Shown here: positions 1 to 8,512 of the stretch, one piece after another
Layout of the letters: each line of letters opens with the position of its first letter
Numbering within the stretch: position 1 is the stretch's first letter
DNA from: an uncultured virus (IMG/VR IMGVR_UViG_3300031951_000033)
Taxonomy: Duplodnaviria > Heunggongvirae > Uroviricota > Caudoviricetes
Length of the DNA stretch: 20,000 bases
IMG/VR virus record: IMGVR_UViG_3300031951_000033
Direction: 5' to 3' (one strand)
Position numbers and translations under genes: made by a program
The notes under the pieces: model-generated
Database searches by the model: none
The model's input: only the letters and a program-made list of their open reading frames with translations
Told to the model about the DNA's origin: nothing

Positions 1-950
1 AGCTGGCCAATAAGTTTCTTGGCTGGCTCGACTCTGTTGTTGCCGAGCATAAACCAGATCTGTTTGTGAATCTTGGCGACACATTTGATACTCATTCAGT
101 GGTGAGATCAGAGGTGATGACGGAGTTCATGCAGCACGTGAGAAGAGTTCTAGATCTCAAAGTTCCCTACATTTATGTTCTTGGCAACCACGATCAGTAT
201 AGGCCGGCAGACTCTAAATACCACGCTCTAAAGCACGTCAAGGACACGATTCCTAATTTCCACGTGATTGACGAGCTTACCGAGCTTCACGGAATCACCT
301 TTGTTCCTTATATTCACGAGGCATCTAAATTTCCGACATCTACGTCTTCTGTGTGCGTTGCGCATCAGACCTTTGTAGGAGCTGACTACGGCGATATAAT
401 AACAAAAGATGGCGTGGATCCAGATTCTGTTTCGGCAGATATAATTATCAGCGGGCACATACACAAGAGACAGATTTTAGGCAAAGTTATATATCCCGGC
501 TCTCCGTTCGCTCAAAGCGTGAGCGATGTTAACCAGATTAAGGGTCTGATGCTGTTTGACTCAGATACCTTTAAAACAACTTTTATCCAGACTCCTATGC
601 CTAACTGGCGCGGACTCAAATACGAGCTCACACCTAGTTTTGATGTAGAACAGATGCACGCATCGCTTTTTACTGAGTTAAACAACACTGATCATTGGGT
701 TTTAGATGTAACCGGCCCTAAGGCGGAGATAGAGCATTATTTTAGTTCAAGTAGATGGCAAGATCTTGCCGAAGGCAAAGATATAAAGCGTAGAACTAAT
801 TTTACAGACAAAGAAAAGAAGCAGATCCGGCTGGAAGCTAGATCCATGCAGTCCATTATATCAGACTATTTTGACAAGGTGTACTCAGGCACGCTTGATA
901 AAAAAATACTAACCAAAACCGCTGTCGATTTGCTTAACGAACTTAATTAA
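1..950 (+). CDS. SbcD/Mre11-like (T4 gp47-like) metallophosphoesterase nuclease subunit, 5'-partial
   Basis: The frame is open from the window edge (LANKFLGWLDSVVAEHKPDLFVNLGDTFD), so the real start lies upstream of the window. Calcineurin-like motifs GDTFD, GNHD, HQT, SGHIH and YPGSP are typical of SbcD-family nucleases. Confidence 0.85.
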   Translation, partial: LANKFLGWLDSVVAEHKPDLFVNLGDTFDTHSVVRSEVMTEFMQHVRRVLDLKVPYIYVLGNHDQYRPADSKYHALKHVKDTIPNFHVIDELTELHGITFVPYIHEASKFPTSTSSVCVAHQTFVGADYGDIITKDGVDPDSVSADIIISGHIHKRQILGKVIYPGSPFAQSVSDVNQIKGLMLFDSDTFKTTFIQTPMPNWRGLKYELTPSFDVEQMHASLFTELNNTDHWVLDVTGPKAEIEHYFSSSRWQDLAEGKDIKRRTNFTDKEKKQIRLEARSMQSIISDYFDKVYSGTLDKKILTKTAVDLLNELN

Positions 951-965
951 CAACAGTTCCCACTC

Positions 966-974
966 TGGTATAAT
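966..974 (+). promoter_or_regulatory. Extended -10 promoter (TGGTATAAT)
   Basis: Perfect TGn-TATAAT in the gap after the 950 stop. No -35 hexamer at 17-bp spacing. Confidence 0.65.
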
Positions 975-1007
975 TGAGTCAGGGTGGAGAGGATTTCCGA
1001 GGAAAAA

Positions 1008-1457
1008 ATGGCTGAAGAACAGATATCTAGCTACATAGATCAGCAACGCTGGCTTTTGAATAACGGCATAGTGTCTGATGGCATGAAGAATCAACTGTTC
1101 TTTTACGGCTCGTTAGTTCACAAGGAAGTCCAAGCAGTGGAGCTTGACATAGACGTGTCTGAGCGCGTAATGAAGTATCGCATATATGTTAGCGACTCTT
1201 TGTTAAGCAAGATGGACAAGTATAAGAGACTCTCTACCTCCACGAGCCTGTTTGGGATGTGGAGATTTCAGAGACTCCTCAAGAGTGAGGGTAGCCTGGA
1301 TTTCCAAAGCATGCTCGCGAAATTTGTCCTCGATTTTTGTGGCCCTAAGTGGTTCACTAAAGTTGAGGTTCTCAGCTTTGACAAGTATGTTGAAGTTGCG
1401 GGGGCTGAAAGTGGAGACGAGGGAGACAGTCTGCAGTCTAATAAATTGCCTGACTGA
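1008..1457 (+). CDS. Hypothetical phage protein (149 aa)
   Basis: ATG 1008 follows GAGGA (999-1003); GTG 984 is an alternative start. No motif recognised. Confidence 0.75.
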   Translation: MAEEQISSYIDQQRWLLNNGIVSDGMKNQLFFYGSLVHKEVQAVELDIDVSERVMKYRIYVSDSLLSKMDKYKRLSTSTSLFGMWRFQRLLKSEGSLDFQSMLAKFVLDFCGPKWFTKVEVLSFDKYVEVAGAESGDEGDSLQSNKLPD

Positions 1458-1839
1458 CAACGAGGATTTAAGACAGGAACTCTGGGTTCATTATCTCAGC
1501 GGTAACCCCGTAGACTCTTTTTCTGAGCACCTAGAAAAGCTAAAATCAGAGCAAGAAGATCACGCATATATAAGCTCTACTGTGTGGCAGCTACTTAAAG
1601 GGCAATACGCAGAAGAGTTCTCTGTTGTTGTTGAGGCCTTATCTGACTACGAGCGCTCTGTGATGTTCCTGGCAATACTGGGGTTCTCTGTGCCCACTAT
1701 ATCGGAGCGTAAGGGTATAAGCCAAGTAAGAATTAGACAAACTTTGACCAGCATAAGGTATAATGACGTTTGGTGCAAAATATATGGCGTTAAAGACCAA
1801 ACTAACAGAAGAAGAAAAGTACAGCCTGTCAGAGGCTGA
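1411..1839 (+). CDS. Small sigma-factor-like protein with a region-4 HTH (ECF-like, about 142 aa)
   Basis: In-frame GTG 1411 follows GGGGG. C-terminal LSDYERSVMFLAILGFSVPTISERKGISQVRIRQTL fits the sigma region-4 pattern LSxxERxV..GxSxxEIA..GISxxRVRQ. EDLRQELWVHYL resembles ECF region-2 EDLxQExFL. Confidence 0.6.
   Translation: METRETVCSLINCLTDNEDLRQELWVHYLSGNPVDSFSEHLEKLKSEQEDHAYISSTVWQLLKGQYAEEFSVVVEALSDYERSVMFLAILGFSVPTISERKGISQVRIRQTLTSIRYNDVWCKIYGVKDQTNRRRKVQPVRG
1757..1764 (+). promoter_or_regulatory. Putative internal promoter (GGTATAAT) for the terminase genes
   Basis: GGTATAAT ends 19 nt before ATG 1784 and matches the motif seen in the intergenic gaps. Confidence 0.45.
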
Positions 1840-2407
1840 GATTAAAGTAGCAACTAAATATCTGCGAAAGTTTAAGACGGCTGGAGCTCTTAAGGAAGTT
1901 GAGGCGGCTAAGTTATTTGAGCTGTTTCTTCTTGGTGACTCGCTGTCGAAGATCGCTCAGCAGTATCCTCAATACCCTCTTGGGCAGATATGCTTGACGG
2001 CAGCGCTGCGCGGTTGGGCCAAAGATAGAGACCGTATGATGCACACCCTGCAAGACAGGGTTAGAGCTAAGGTGGTTAAGTCTGTCCTTGAGCAGGTTGA
2101 TTTTTTGACGTCTATGCTGGCCGTGAGCAATGCTGAACATCTTGAGTCGATGGTGCGGTACGCTCAAGACCCGCTCAATAATCCCGCGCCCAAACTGCGA
2201 ATCATGAACATCAAAGAGTACAAGGACGTCGCCGAGACTCTTTACAAGATTGTGGCTGGCGCAACAGGTAACGGGTCTAAGAAAGACTCTTCTCCGATGT
2301 TTAATGCCCTCACGCCTATGCCAACTAAGAGCGTGGTAGAAAAGATAGCAGACGAGATACCGTCCATCGCTGACTTCACAGATCAGGAAGTCGCTGGGGC
2401 TGAGTGA
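1784..2407 (+). CDS. Probable terminase small subunit (207 aa)
   Basis: Lies directly upstream of terL and overlaps it (GTGA). It has an N-terminal HTH-like segment (LFELFLLGDSLSKIAQQYPQYPLGQI), a helical middle and a disordered tail. The assignment rests mainly on position. Confidence 0.55.
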   Translation: MALKTKLTEEEKYSLSEAEIKVATKYLRKFKTAGALKEVEAAKLFELFLLGDSLSKIAQQYPQYPLGQICLTAALRGWAKDRDRMMHTLQDRVRAKVVKSVLEQVDFLTSMLAVSNAEHLESMVRYAQDPLNNPAPKLRIMNIKEYKDVAETLYKIVAGATGNGSKKDSSPMFNALTPMPTKSVVEKIADEIPSIADFTDQEVAGAE

Positions 2408-4344
2408 TGGCTCAGCAACCTAAGAAACTAACAATCGAGCAGGAACGCAAGATGTTCCTAACCCCGTGCAAAAACCGTAATGAGGTTAAGGCATGGATCA
2501 AGCGGTATCTTGGGCTTGAACTTCCGGATGTTACTGTTTCTAGGTTTGCAGACACTAACCCTCTAGACGTCGTCTACGAGGTTTACGAGATATGTGTACT
2601 TCGTAAGAATCCCAACAAGATAAAAGAGCTTCTGTACGTTGCTGGTCGAGGTAGCGGAAAAACACTGGGTATGGCTATCGCTGAGCTTATGGTGCTTCTT
2701 CATGACAAGCGCGATGTAGTGCATGTCGGCGCCATACAGAATCAAGCGGATCGCTGTTACGCCTATCAGAAGAACTTCTTGTACAGTTCGCGCCTCAAGC
2801 ACATCGTGTCTCCTGCTGATCTTCCAGAGGAGCAAAGAATTCTAGAAAAGGCAAACATGTCTCACTCGGTGTTCAACATCGGATCAGACAAGGCCTCAAT
2901 CGAAGTTCTTCCTTGTACTCTAAAAGCGGTTAACGGCCCTCACGTTCCGCTTGTAGTCGTGGATGAGATCGATACTGTCTCCGGTGAAGGTCTTAAGGCC
3001 TTCAAGGATATTGCGGGCATGCTTGACTCTAAGGGCGGCAAACCGCAGCTTAGGGTCGGTATCTCCACTAGAAAATCTCGATATGGCTTGATGAACAAGC
3101 AGATCGAGAGCATGGAGGCGTCCGCGGATAAGTCTCGCGTTGTGCGCCGTTGGACCGCCTTCGAGTTCTCTGAGCGTTGCCCCGACTCAAGATCTGGCAC
3201 TAAACCCATAGAGCTGTGGGTGAATCAGGAGCGCATGGAGGTTCTCCAGGAAGAGGATTTCCTTAAGAAAGACAAGGGCAAACAGAAAGAGTATATCAAG
3301 CATGATGCTCTAGATGGGTGCGCTCACTGTCCGCTGTTCGCTATCTGTTTAACTGATGCCAAAAAACAAACATCTAGTTCTCCTATGCTAAAGTCTCTGG
3401 AGGACATAGTGCAGAAGGTGATGTCTGAAGGCGCAGACTGGGCATTGGCTCAGCTGATGAATCTTAAGCCTTCTGTGGAAGGAATTATCTATCGCGAGTT
3501 TGACGAGAAAACACATGTCAAGGACTGGAATCAAATGTGGCTCATCCTTACAGGTAAGGAGTATCCTGGTGAGTGTACTCACGACATGTTTGTTCGCAAG
3601 TGCCATGAGCTTCAAATTCCTTGCTATGCCGGTATTGACTGGGGGTTTAGCGCGCCCAATACCGTGGTTTACTTTTTCGTAGATAAGCGCGACAACATAT
3701 ACATAGTCAGATGCGACGGCATGACCTACATCAGCGAACCTACCTGGATTCATTACCTGAAAACCAAGTACAACGCAATATATCGCTGTCAACTTTACGT
3801 CCCTGATGCTGCCAACCAGGGTGCCATACTGGAGATGCAAAAAGCCGGTCTTCCAGTGGCCAATCAGGCTGACAAGGGGCAGATAAATACCGGCGTTCAG
3901 ACTATTAAGAAGTTTCTAAGATTTCCTGGCAACAACATGCCGAAGATGTTCTTCGCTAAAGAGACCACTCAGCATATAGTCAACGAATTTGGTCTATATC
4001 ACTATAAGGTTGATGCTGCCGGCTTAACTACAGACACACCGGACACAGAGTACGATCACTGGCTAGATGCGCTTAGATATGCGGTTACCTTGCTTTTCGG
4101 CAAACAGGCTATAGTTTTAGGGGAAGCGTTGGATTTTGATACTTCTTTTAAGCTACAAGATACGATGGGCAACTATAATAGAGCGCCAGATGCGATAGAA
4201 TTTGCAGCTTCTAGGGGTTTAAGGTTTAATAGTAACGAGGAAGATAGGTCAAAATTAGGTAAGATAGGTACGTCTAGAGAACTAGAAGAGAATCTGGGGG
4301 AAGAAGGCGCTTCCGGCGGCGGTATGCTCTGGACCTTTGACTGA
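2404..4344 (+). CDS. terL: Terminase large subunit
   Basis: Walker A AGRGSGKT, Walker B LVVVDEID, motif-III-like IST, RNase H-like nuclease motifs GIDWG and DHWLDALRY. Directly upstream of the portal. Start is GTG 2404 or ATG 2407. Confidence 0.93.
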   Translation: MMAQQPKKLTIEQERKMFLTPCKNRNEVKAWIKRYLGLELPDVTVSRFADTNPLDVVYEVYEICVLRKNPNKIKELLYVAGRGSGKTLGMAIAELMVLLHDKRDVVHVGAIQNQADRCYAYQKNFLYSSRLKHIVSPADLPEEQRILEKANMSHSVFNIGSDKASIEVLPCTLKAVNGPHVPLVVVDEIDTVSGEGLKAFKDIAGMLDSKGGKPQLRVGISTRKSRYGLMNKQIESMEASADKSRVVRRWTAFEFSERCPDSRSGTKPIELWVNQERMEVLQEEDFLKKDKGKQKEYIKHDALDGCAHCPLFAICLTDAKKQTSSSPMLKSLEDIVQKVMSEGADWALAQLMNLKPSVEGIIYREFDEKTHVKDWNQMWLILTGKEYPGECTHDMFVRKCHELQIPCYAGIDWGFSAPNTVVYFFVDKRDNIYIVRCDGMTYISEPTWIHYLKTKYNAIYRCQLYVPDAANQGAILEMQKAGLPVANQADKGQINTGVQTIKKFLRFPGNNMPKMFFAKETTQHIVNEFGLYHYKVDAAGLTTDTPDTEYDHWLDALRYAVTLLFGKQAIVLGEALDFDTSFKLQDTMGNYNRAPDAIEFAASRGLRFNSNEEDRSKLGKIGTSRELEENLGEEGASGGGMLWTFD

Positions 4345-4356
4345 AATTTCAATTTG

Positions 4357-4383
4357 GGGCATAAGTGCCCTATAAGGTAGAAT
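4357..4383 (+). promoter_or_regulatory. Small hairpin plus -10 box (GGTAGAAT) of a probably leaderless portal transcript
   Basis: GGGCA-TAAG-TGCCC at 4357-4370. TAGAAT at 4378-4383 ends 6 nt before ATG 4390. No strong SD is present. Confidence 0.5.
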
Positions 4384-4389
4384 ATAAGC

Positions 4390-6375
4390 ATGGCTTGGTA
4401 CGACGATTGGCTCAAAAACAGAATAAAAACCAACATCGATGATCTTCTAAAGGCCGACGGCGTATCCACTCCAGCCCCTGGAATAGTGGCAAACGGCGAT
4501 AAGGTGCCAGATGTACCAGAAGATGGGCATGAAGCCGAGAAGTTGATAGGCCGAAAGGCTGTAATAGACGATCCCTATTTTGATAATCTTGGACAGCAAG
4601 TCAATTATAAGCACAAGATGTCTCGTCTGTCGAACAGAACCCTTAAAGAGGTATCTCTGCGCGATTGGCTCGTGTCGTCTATTATTCAAGCTCGCGTAGA
4701 TACATTGGTTAAGTTTTCTAGACCGCAGCATCGTAAGTTTGAAGAAGGTTTCAGGATAATAAAGAAAAATGACAAAGATCCGTACACCGAAGATGATCTT
4801 AGAGAGATATCTGAGTTGGAAGATTTTATCTACCATTGCGGACGTAGAGAGGGAACGCCTCACTCTGATCGCATGCTGTTTGGCGAGTTCCTTAAACTGG
4901 TAGCACGCGATTCTCTCACCTTTGGTCACGTGGCTGTAGAAAAAATTAAGACCAGAGCGGGCGGACTGCACAGATTTCGTCCTTTGCCTGCAGAATCTGT
5001 TTATCTCATAAACAAGAAGCTATCTAAAGAACAACTTAATCAGGAAGTCCTTTCGCAACGTCAAGGCTTCAAGCCAGGGAATAACGATCCTTCTAAAGAT
5101 TATCAGATTAACCAAGTGCCTATTGAGTACTACAAGTATGTTCAGGTCTCTTACGACAATAGGCCGCTTGCTAATTTTGGCGATGAAGATCTTATTTTTA
5201 AACTATTAAATCCCCAGAACTTTGCTGATTCAAACGGTTATTGCTATTCGCCTGTAGAGATGGCAGTGATCAACATTACTAACCATCTCAATGTAGAGAA
5301 CTACAATGCGAATTTTTTTACTCATGGTTATGCTTCTCGCGGCATTCTCCATCTCAAAGGTACTGTAACTCAAGCGCAGTTGATGAACTTCCGCAGGCAA
5401 TTTTACAACACTATCAGCGGTCAACAGCACGCATGGAGAACTCCGATAGTGGCTGGACTTGAAGAGGTTCAGTGGGTACCGATGTCCGCTAGCGCTAAAG
5501 AGATGGAGTACATAAACTTCAATAACCATCTCATGCGTATCATCTGCGCTCAGTTTCAGATTGACCCGATGGAGCTCGGTCTCGATTATCTTATATCTGG
5601 TACCGGTCGTGCTCCGATGCAGCAGGCCAGTAACGAATATAAGATTAACTTCTCTCGCGAGCGCGGTTTGCATCCGCTCATGTTGTTCGTCGAAGACATG
5701 ATGAACAGCGACTTGCTTCCTTCGATAGATATAGAAATTTCTAAAAAATATAAGTTCGTGTTCACCGGATATACTGACGCGACTCCGCAAACTGAGATTG
5801 CTCAGATGCAAGCAGAGATGACCGTCTGGAAATCCATGAACGATCTTTTAGTGCAAGCTCAAAAAGACGCCATTGACTCTCCTGCGGCTAATTTGCCAAT
5901 GAATCAGGCATTCTGGGCGTTGGTAGAGAAGAACTATACTCGCGGCGAGATAAGAGAATACTTCTTCAAGGATAAGGGTGCGTCTAAGCGCAAAGAACTG
6001 CAATATATCCCAGGTGATCCTGCGTTCATGGGTTGGCAGCAACTCATCCTTAGCATGGAACAAGCTAAAGAACAAAAGTCACAGATGAAAGAGCAGCAAG
6101 AGCAACAGCAGCAGATGATGCAAGCTCAAGCCGAAGCTCAGCAGCAGCAAGCTGAAATGGAAAATAGGCATAAAGAAGCTGAGCACGATAGAGAAGAAGA
6201 AAAGCACGAGATGGAGATGAAGCAGATGCACGCTGAGGCAGCAGGAAATGCTGTTAGAGCCGGAGGCACAGGTCATAATCCTCTTACGGAAGCTGCTAAA
6301 CAGTTCGGGGCTTCTAAGGCGCCAGTTATTGCCGGAACTCCGGTTAAAAATCCATTAAACTATATACCTGATTGA
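4390..6375 (+). CDS. Portal protein (SPO1/Twort/K-like)
   Basis: FLKLVARDSLTFG, GYCYSPVEMA...YNANFFTHG..SRGILHL, NFRRQFYNTISG..HAWRTPIV and ICAQFQIDPMELG parallel phage K-type portal motifs. Gln/Glu-rich tail. Follows terL. Confidence 0.92.
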   Translation: MAWYDDWLKNRIKTNIDDLLKADGVSTPAPGIVANGDKVPDVPEDGHEAEKLIGRKAVIDDPYFDNLGQQVNYKHKMSRLSNRTLKEVSLRDWLVSSIIQARVDTLVKFSRPQHRKFEEGFRIIKKNDKDPYTEDDLREISELEDFIYHCGRREGTPHSDRMLFGEFLKLVARDSLTFGHVAVEKIKTRAGGLHRFRPLPAESVYLINKKLSKEQLNQEVLSQRQGFKPGNNDPSKDYQINQVPIEYYKYVQVSYDNRPLANFGDEDLIFKLLNPQNFADSNGYCYSPVEMAVINITNHLNVENYNANFFTHGYASRGILHLKGTVTQAQLMNFRRQFYNTISGQQHAWRTPIVAGLEEVQWVPMSASAKEMEYINFNNHLMRIICAQFQIDPMELGLDYLISGTGRAPMQQASNEYKINFSRERGLHPLMLFVEDMMNSDLLPSIDIEISKKYKFVFTGYTDATPQTEIAQMQAEMTVWKSMNDLLVQAQKDAIDSPAANLPMNQAFWALVEKNYTRGEIREYFFKDKGASKRKELQYIPGDPAFMGWQQLILSMEQAKEQKSQMKEQQEQQQQMMQAQAEAQQQQAEMENRHKEAEHDREEEKHEMEMKQMHAEAAGNAVRAGGTGHNPLTEAAKQFGASKAPVIAGTPVKNPLNYIPD

Positions 6376-6524
6376 CAAAGCTGTACTACAACAACAAAAG
6401 TCAAGCGCTTTATTCTAGAGAGCAGTTTAGAGCTTTTGTCAAGTTGTGCGTCTTACTCCATAGACTCGAGCTAATATCCTACAAAACTGCTAAGGAATTT
6501 GTTTCTTGTTTTCAGATATTTTTT

Positions 6525-6531
6525 GTATAAT
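6525..6531 (+). promoter_or_regulatory. Putative promoter -10 (GTATAAT)
   Basis: TATAAT at 6526-6531 upstream of SD AAGGAG (6553-6558) and ATG 6564. Confidence 0.55.
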
Positions 6532-6563
6532 GAATTCATGATCAAATTCCAAAAGGAGTGCTC

Positions 6564-7358
6564 ATGGCTTTAGTCTGTATCGGCGGCCTTGATCGCACCG
6601 GCAAAACATCAGTGGCAGAGCTGTATCGCTCAAAGGGGTTTACGGTTGTTCATCTGTCGGCCCCAGATAAGAAATACTTCGATCCGTCGTACCGCGGTCC
6701 GTCTTATTTCGAAGATTACATCGACATGTTGATGTCCTTCGGTTCTAAGGACGTAGTAATGGACAGATTCTGGGATGGAGAACTCATTTGGCCCCAGGTT
6801 TATGGAAGAACTCCTATGCTATCAGAGCAAGAGATCGATCAGATCAGAGAGATAGAAATGGGCATGGGCGCTTCATACATTCTGATGCACGACCCTGATT
6901 ACGAGAATCACTGGAAAAGATGTGTAGAGAATAACGAACCATTGACCAAACCTCAGTTCGTTAAGGCCAGAAGTCTTTATTACTCTATTGCTGAAAAATA
7001 TAATTTCACCAAGGCAACTATCAGAAATTTCTTTCCGAACATGGAAGACGATAAAACCAAAAATGAGGCAGAAAAATCTATGTCGCATGAGTTAGTGGCT
7101 GCTAATCCAGTCAATCACGTTCCAGTTGAGCTCCAGAAGTTAGAGTTGGCTAACGCCATAAACGATGTTTTGTCAAAGCGCGTAATAAAAGCTAAGGGAG
7201 ATATTTACGACTCTCTGGAATCTGATGTGCGCGATTTTTTGCTGGGTAAGTTGGGTAACATATTCGGTGAAGACAAAGGTTCGTCTTTTACAAAAGACGA
7301 AGTAAAGATGCTTAAACTTTTATGCAAAAGATTTGAAGTAAAGGAGAACAAGAAATGA
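6564..7358 (+). CDS. Thymidylate-kinase-like P-loop nucleotide kinase with C-terminal helical extension
   Basis: N-terminal P-loop GGLDRTGKTS and the dTMP-kinase-type DR motif (VVMDRFW). SD AAGGAG before ATG 6564. Confidence 0.75.
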   Translation: MALVCIGGLDRTGKTSVAELYRSKGFTVVHLSAPDKKYFDPSYRGPSYFEDYIDMLMSFGSKDVVMDRFWDGELIWPQVYGRTPMLSEQEIDQIREIEMGMGASYILMHDPDYENHWKRCVENNEPLTKPQFVKARSLYYSIAEKYNFTKATIRNFFPNMEDDKTKNEAEKSMSHELVAANPVNHVPVELQKLELANAINDVLSKRVIKAKGDIYDSLESDVRDFLLGKLGNIFGEDKGSSFTKDEVKMLKLLCKRFEVKENKK

Positions 7359-7930
7359 ACGGATTTAGGCAGCAACCACAGGAATCTAAGAAAGAAAAGA
7401 TCAAGAGCCTCGAAATAGAGGTTCAAAACGCGCAGGCCGCTACTCGAGTAGCTCAAGTTCTTGTGCGTCAACTTATTGACACTACCGCCAAGAACACAGA
7501 TCAGATCAGGAATCTTGTTCAGATAGTTAACGAGCTTCAGTATAAGGTGCTTGCTTTTCAGCGCCTACTGAACATTGATCTTAAGGATGCTGCTTCTATC
7601 GCAGACGAGCTTAGGGTCAAGGATTTTAACGAGGCGTCTGACAATGAGGACAAGCAGAAGAACTACGATCTTGCTAGCACAGTAGAGCAGGATAGCATTG
7701 TTATAATCACTTCCACAACCCCTAACGCAGAAAAAGACGCAGGTATTTTTCGCTCTAAGTTTAAGCTGGCAGACTGCGGGCTTCCTTCGCTTATCGATGC
7801 TCTTACGGGAAAAGCAGTTGGCGATATAGTTGAGGTTGAGCTTAACGGCGTAATGCATCAAGTTGTACTGCTGGGTATCAGAAAGCCAGTTGAAGTTAAG
7901 GAGCAAGACGCTAGTCCTGTGCTTCAGTAA
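7355..7930 (+). CDS. Coiled-coil protein with GreA/GreB-CTD-like or FKBP-like C-terminal domain
   Basis: ATGA overlap and SD AAGGAG. N-terminal heptad pattern. C-terminal PSLIDALTGKAVGDIVEVELNGVMHQVVLLGI resembles the Gre C-terminal pattern SPxGxALLGKxVGDxVEV..G...xxILxI. Confidence 0.55.
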   Translation: MNGFRQQPQESKKEKIKSLEIEVQNAQAATRVAQVLVRQLIDTTAKNTDQIRNLVQIVNELQYKVLAFQRLLNIDLKDAASIADELRVKDFNEASDNEDKQKNYDLASTVEQDSIVIITSTTPNAEKDAGIFRSKFKLADCGLPSLIDALTGKAVGDIVEVELNGVMHQVVLLGIRKPVEVKEQDASPVLQ

Positions 7931-7988
7931 GTGTCCTTGAGGGACGAAATGGGGATCACTATGAGACTGTTCTTAAAAATAGGAATCT

Positions 7989-7997
7989 TGGTATCAT
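7989..7997 (+). promoter_or_regulatory. Extended -10 promoter (TGGTATCAT)
   Basis: TGn-TATCAT in the 150-bp intergenic gap, one mismatch from TGGTATAAT. Confidence 0.5.
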
Positions 7998-8009
7998 AGT
8001 AATCATGAG

Positions 8010-8067
8010 GGGGAGAGTGTGCGCAGTGTTGAATTTTCTGTCTTCGATACTTGCGCACACTCTTCCC
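8010..8067 (+). other. Long RNA hairpin (about 24 bp) in a 5' leader
   Basis: AGAGTGTGCGCA (8014-8025) pairs perfectly with TGCGCACACTCT (8052-8063). The stem extends via GTGTTGAA/TTCGATAC and GGGG/TCCC with G-U pairs and one bulge. No U-tract follows. Confidence 0.75.
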
Positions 8068-8080
8068 GCCAAGGACGGGC

Positions 8081-8512
8081 ATGAGTACTGATGACGACAC
8101 AAAACAGCTGCCCTTAATACCCATGGACGCAAGATGTCCACGCGGTCTTACCCATCTGCCGGACTCGTTTTGCCCTTTGGCCGTTATGCGTTTAAAAGCA
8201 ATAAGAAACGCGGGTAGAGAATTATCAGAAGAAGAAGAAAACAGCTTAAACGGTTGCCCTTGGGCTGTTAACCATCAACTTGCCCACTACTGTTTTTTCA
8301 GCTACATGCATGAGTACGCTGGCGATAAGCCGCCCTCTGACATCGAGATAGCTTCGTTGAACTGCATATCTGTAGATACCGTTAAGAAGATAGAAAAAAG
8401 CGCAATAGCCAAAATGAAGGCATCTAAAGATTTTACTGAGATGCGCGAGGCTTACAAAGACGAAGCGATTGTGCCTGACTCAAATATAGACGATTATTCC
8501 GTCATAAAGTAA
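8081..8512 (+). CDS. Cys-rich protein with sigma-70 region-4-like HTH (143 aa)
   Basis: ATG 8081 follows AAGGA. SDIEIASLNCISVDTVKKIEKSAIAKMK matches region 4.2 (TLxEIAxxLGISxERVRQIExxALxKLR). Four N-terminal Cys (CPRG, FCPL, GCPW, YCFF). Confidence 0.65.
   Translation: MSTDDDTKQLPLIPMDARCPRGLTHLPDSFCPLAVMRLKAIRNAGRELSEEEENSLNGCPWAVNHQLAHYCFFSYMHEYAGDKPPSDIEIASLNCISVDTVKKIEKSAIAKMKASKDFTEMREAYKDEAIVPDSNIDDYSVIK

Noticed and set aside
1252..1410. Longer ORF-track starts at 1252, 1763, 6558, 8051, 9961, 14391 and 16494
   Set aside because: They overlap neighbouring genes, promoters or hairpins. The downstream starts have better SD or promoter context.
2404..6375. Intron or intein in terL or portal, common in SPO1/Twort-like phages
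   Set aside because: Both frames are continuous, with no intein splice motifs or homing endonuclease signature seen.
6372..6404. Plus-strand TTGACA at 6372 and minus-strand TTGACT at 6404 as sigma70 -35 boxes
   Set aside because: Neither has a credible -10 hexamer at 16-18 bp.
8010..8067. Long hairpin as a tRNA or intrinsic terminator
   Set aside because: It is a single stem with no cloverleaf or T-loop motif and no U-tract on either strand.
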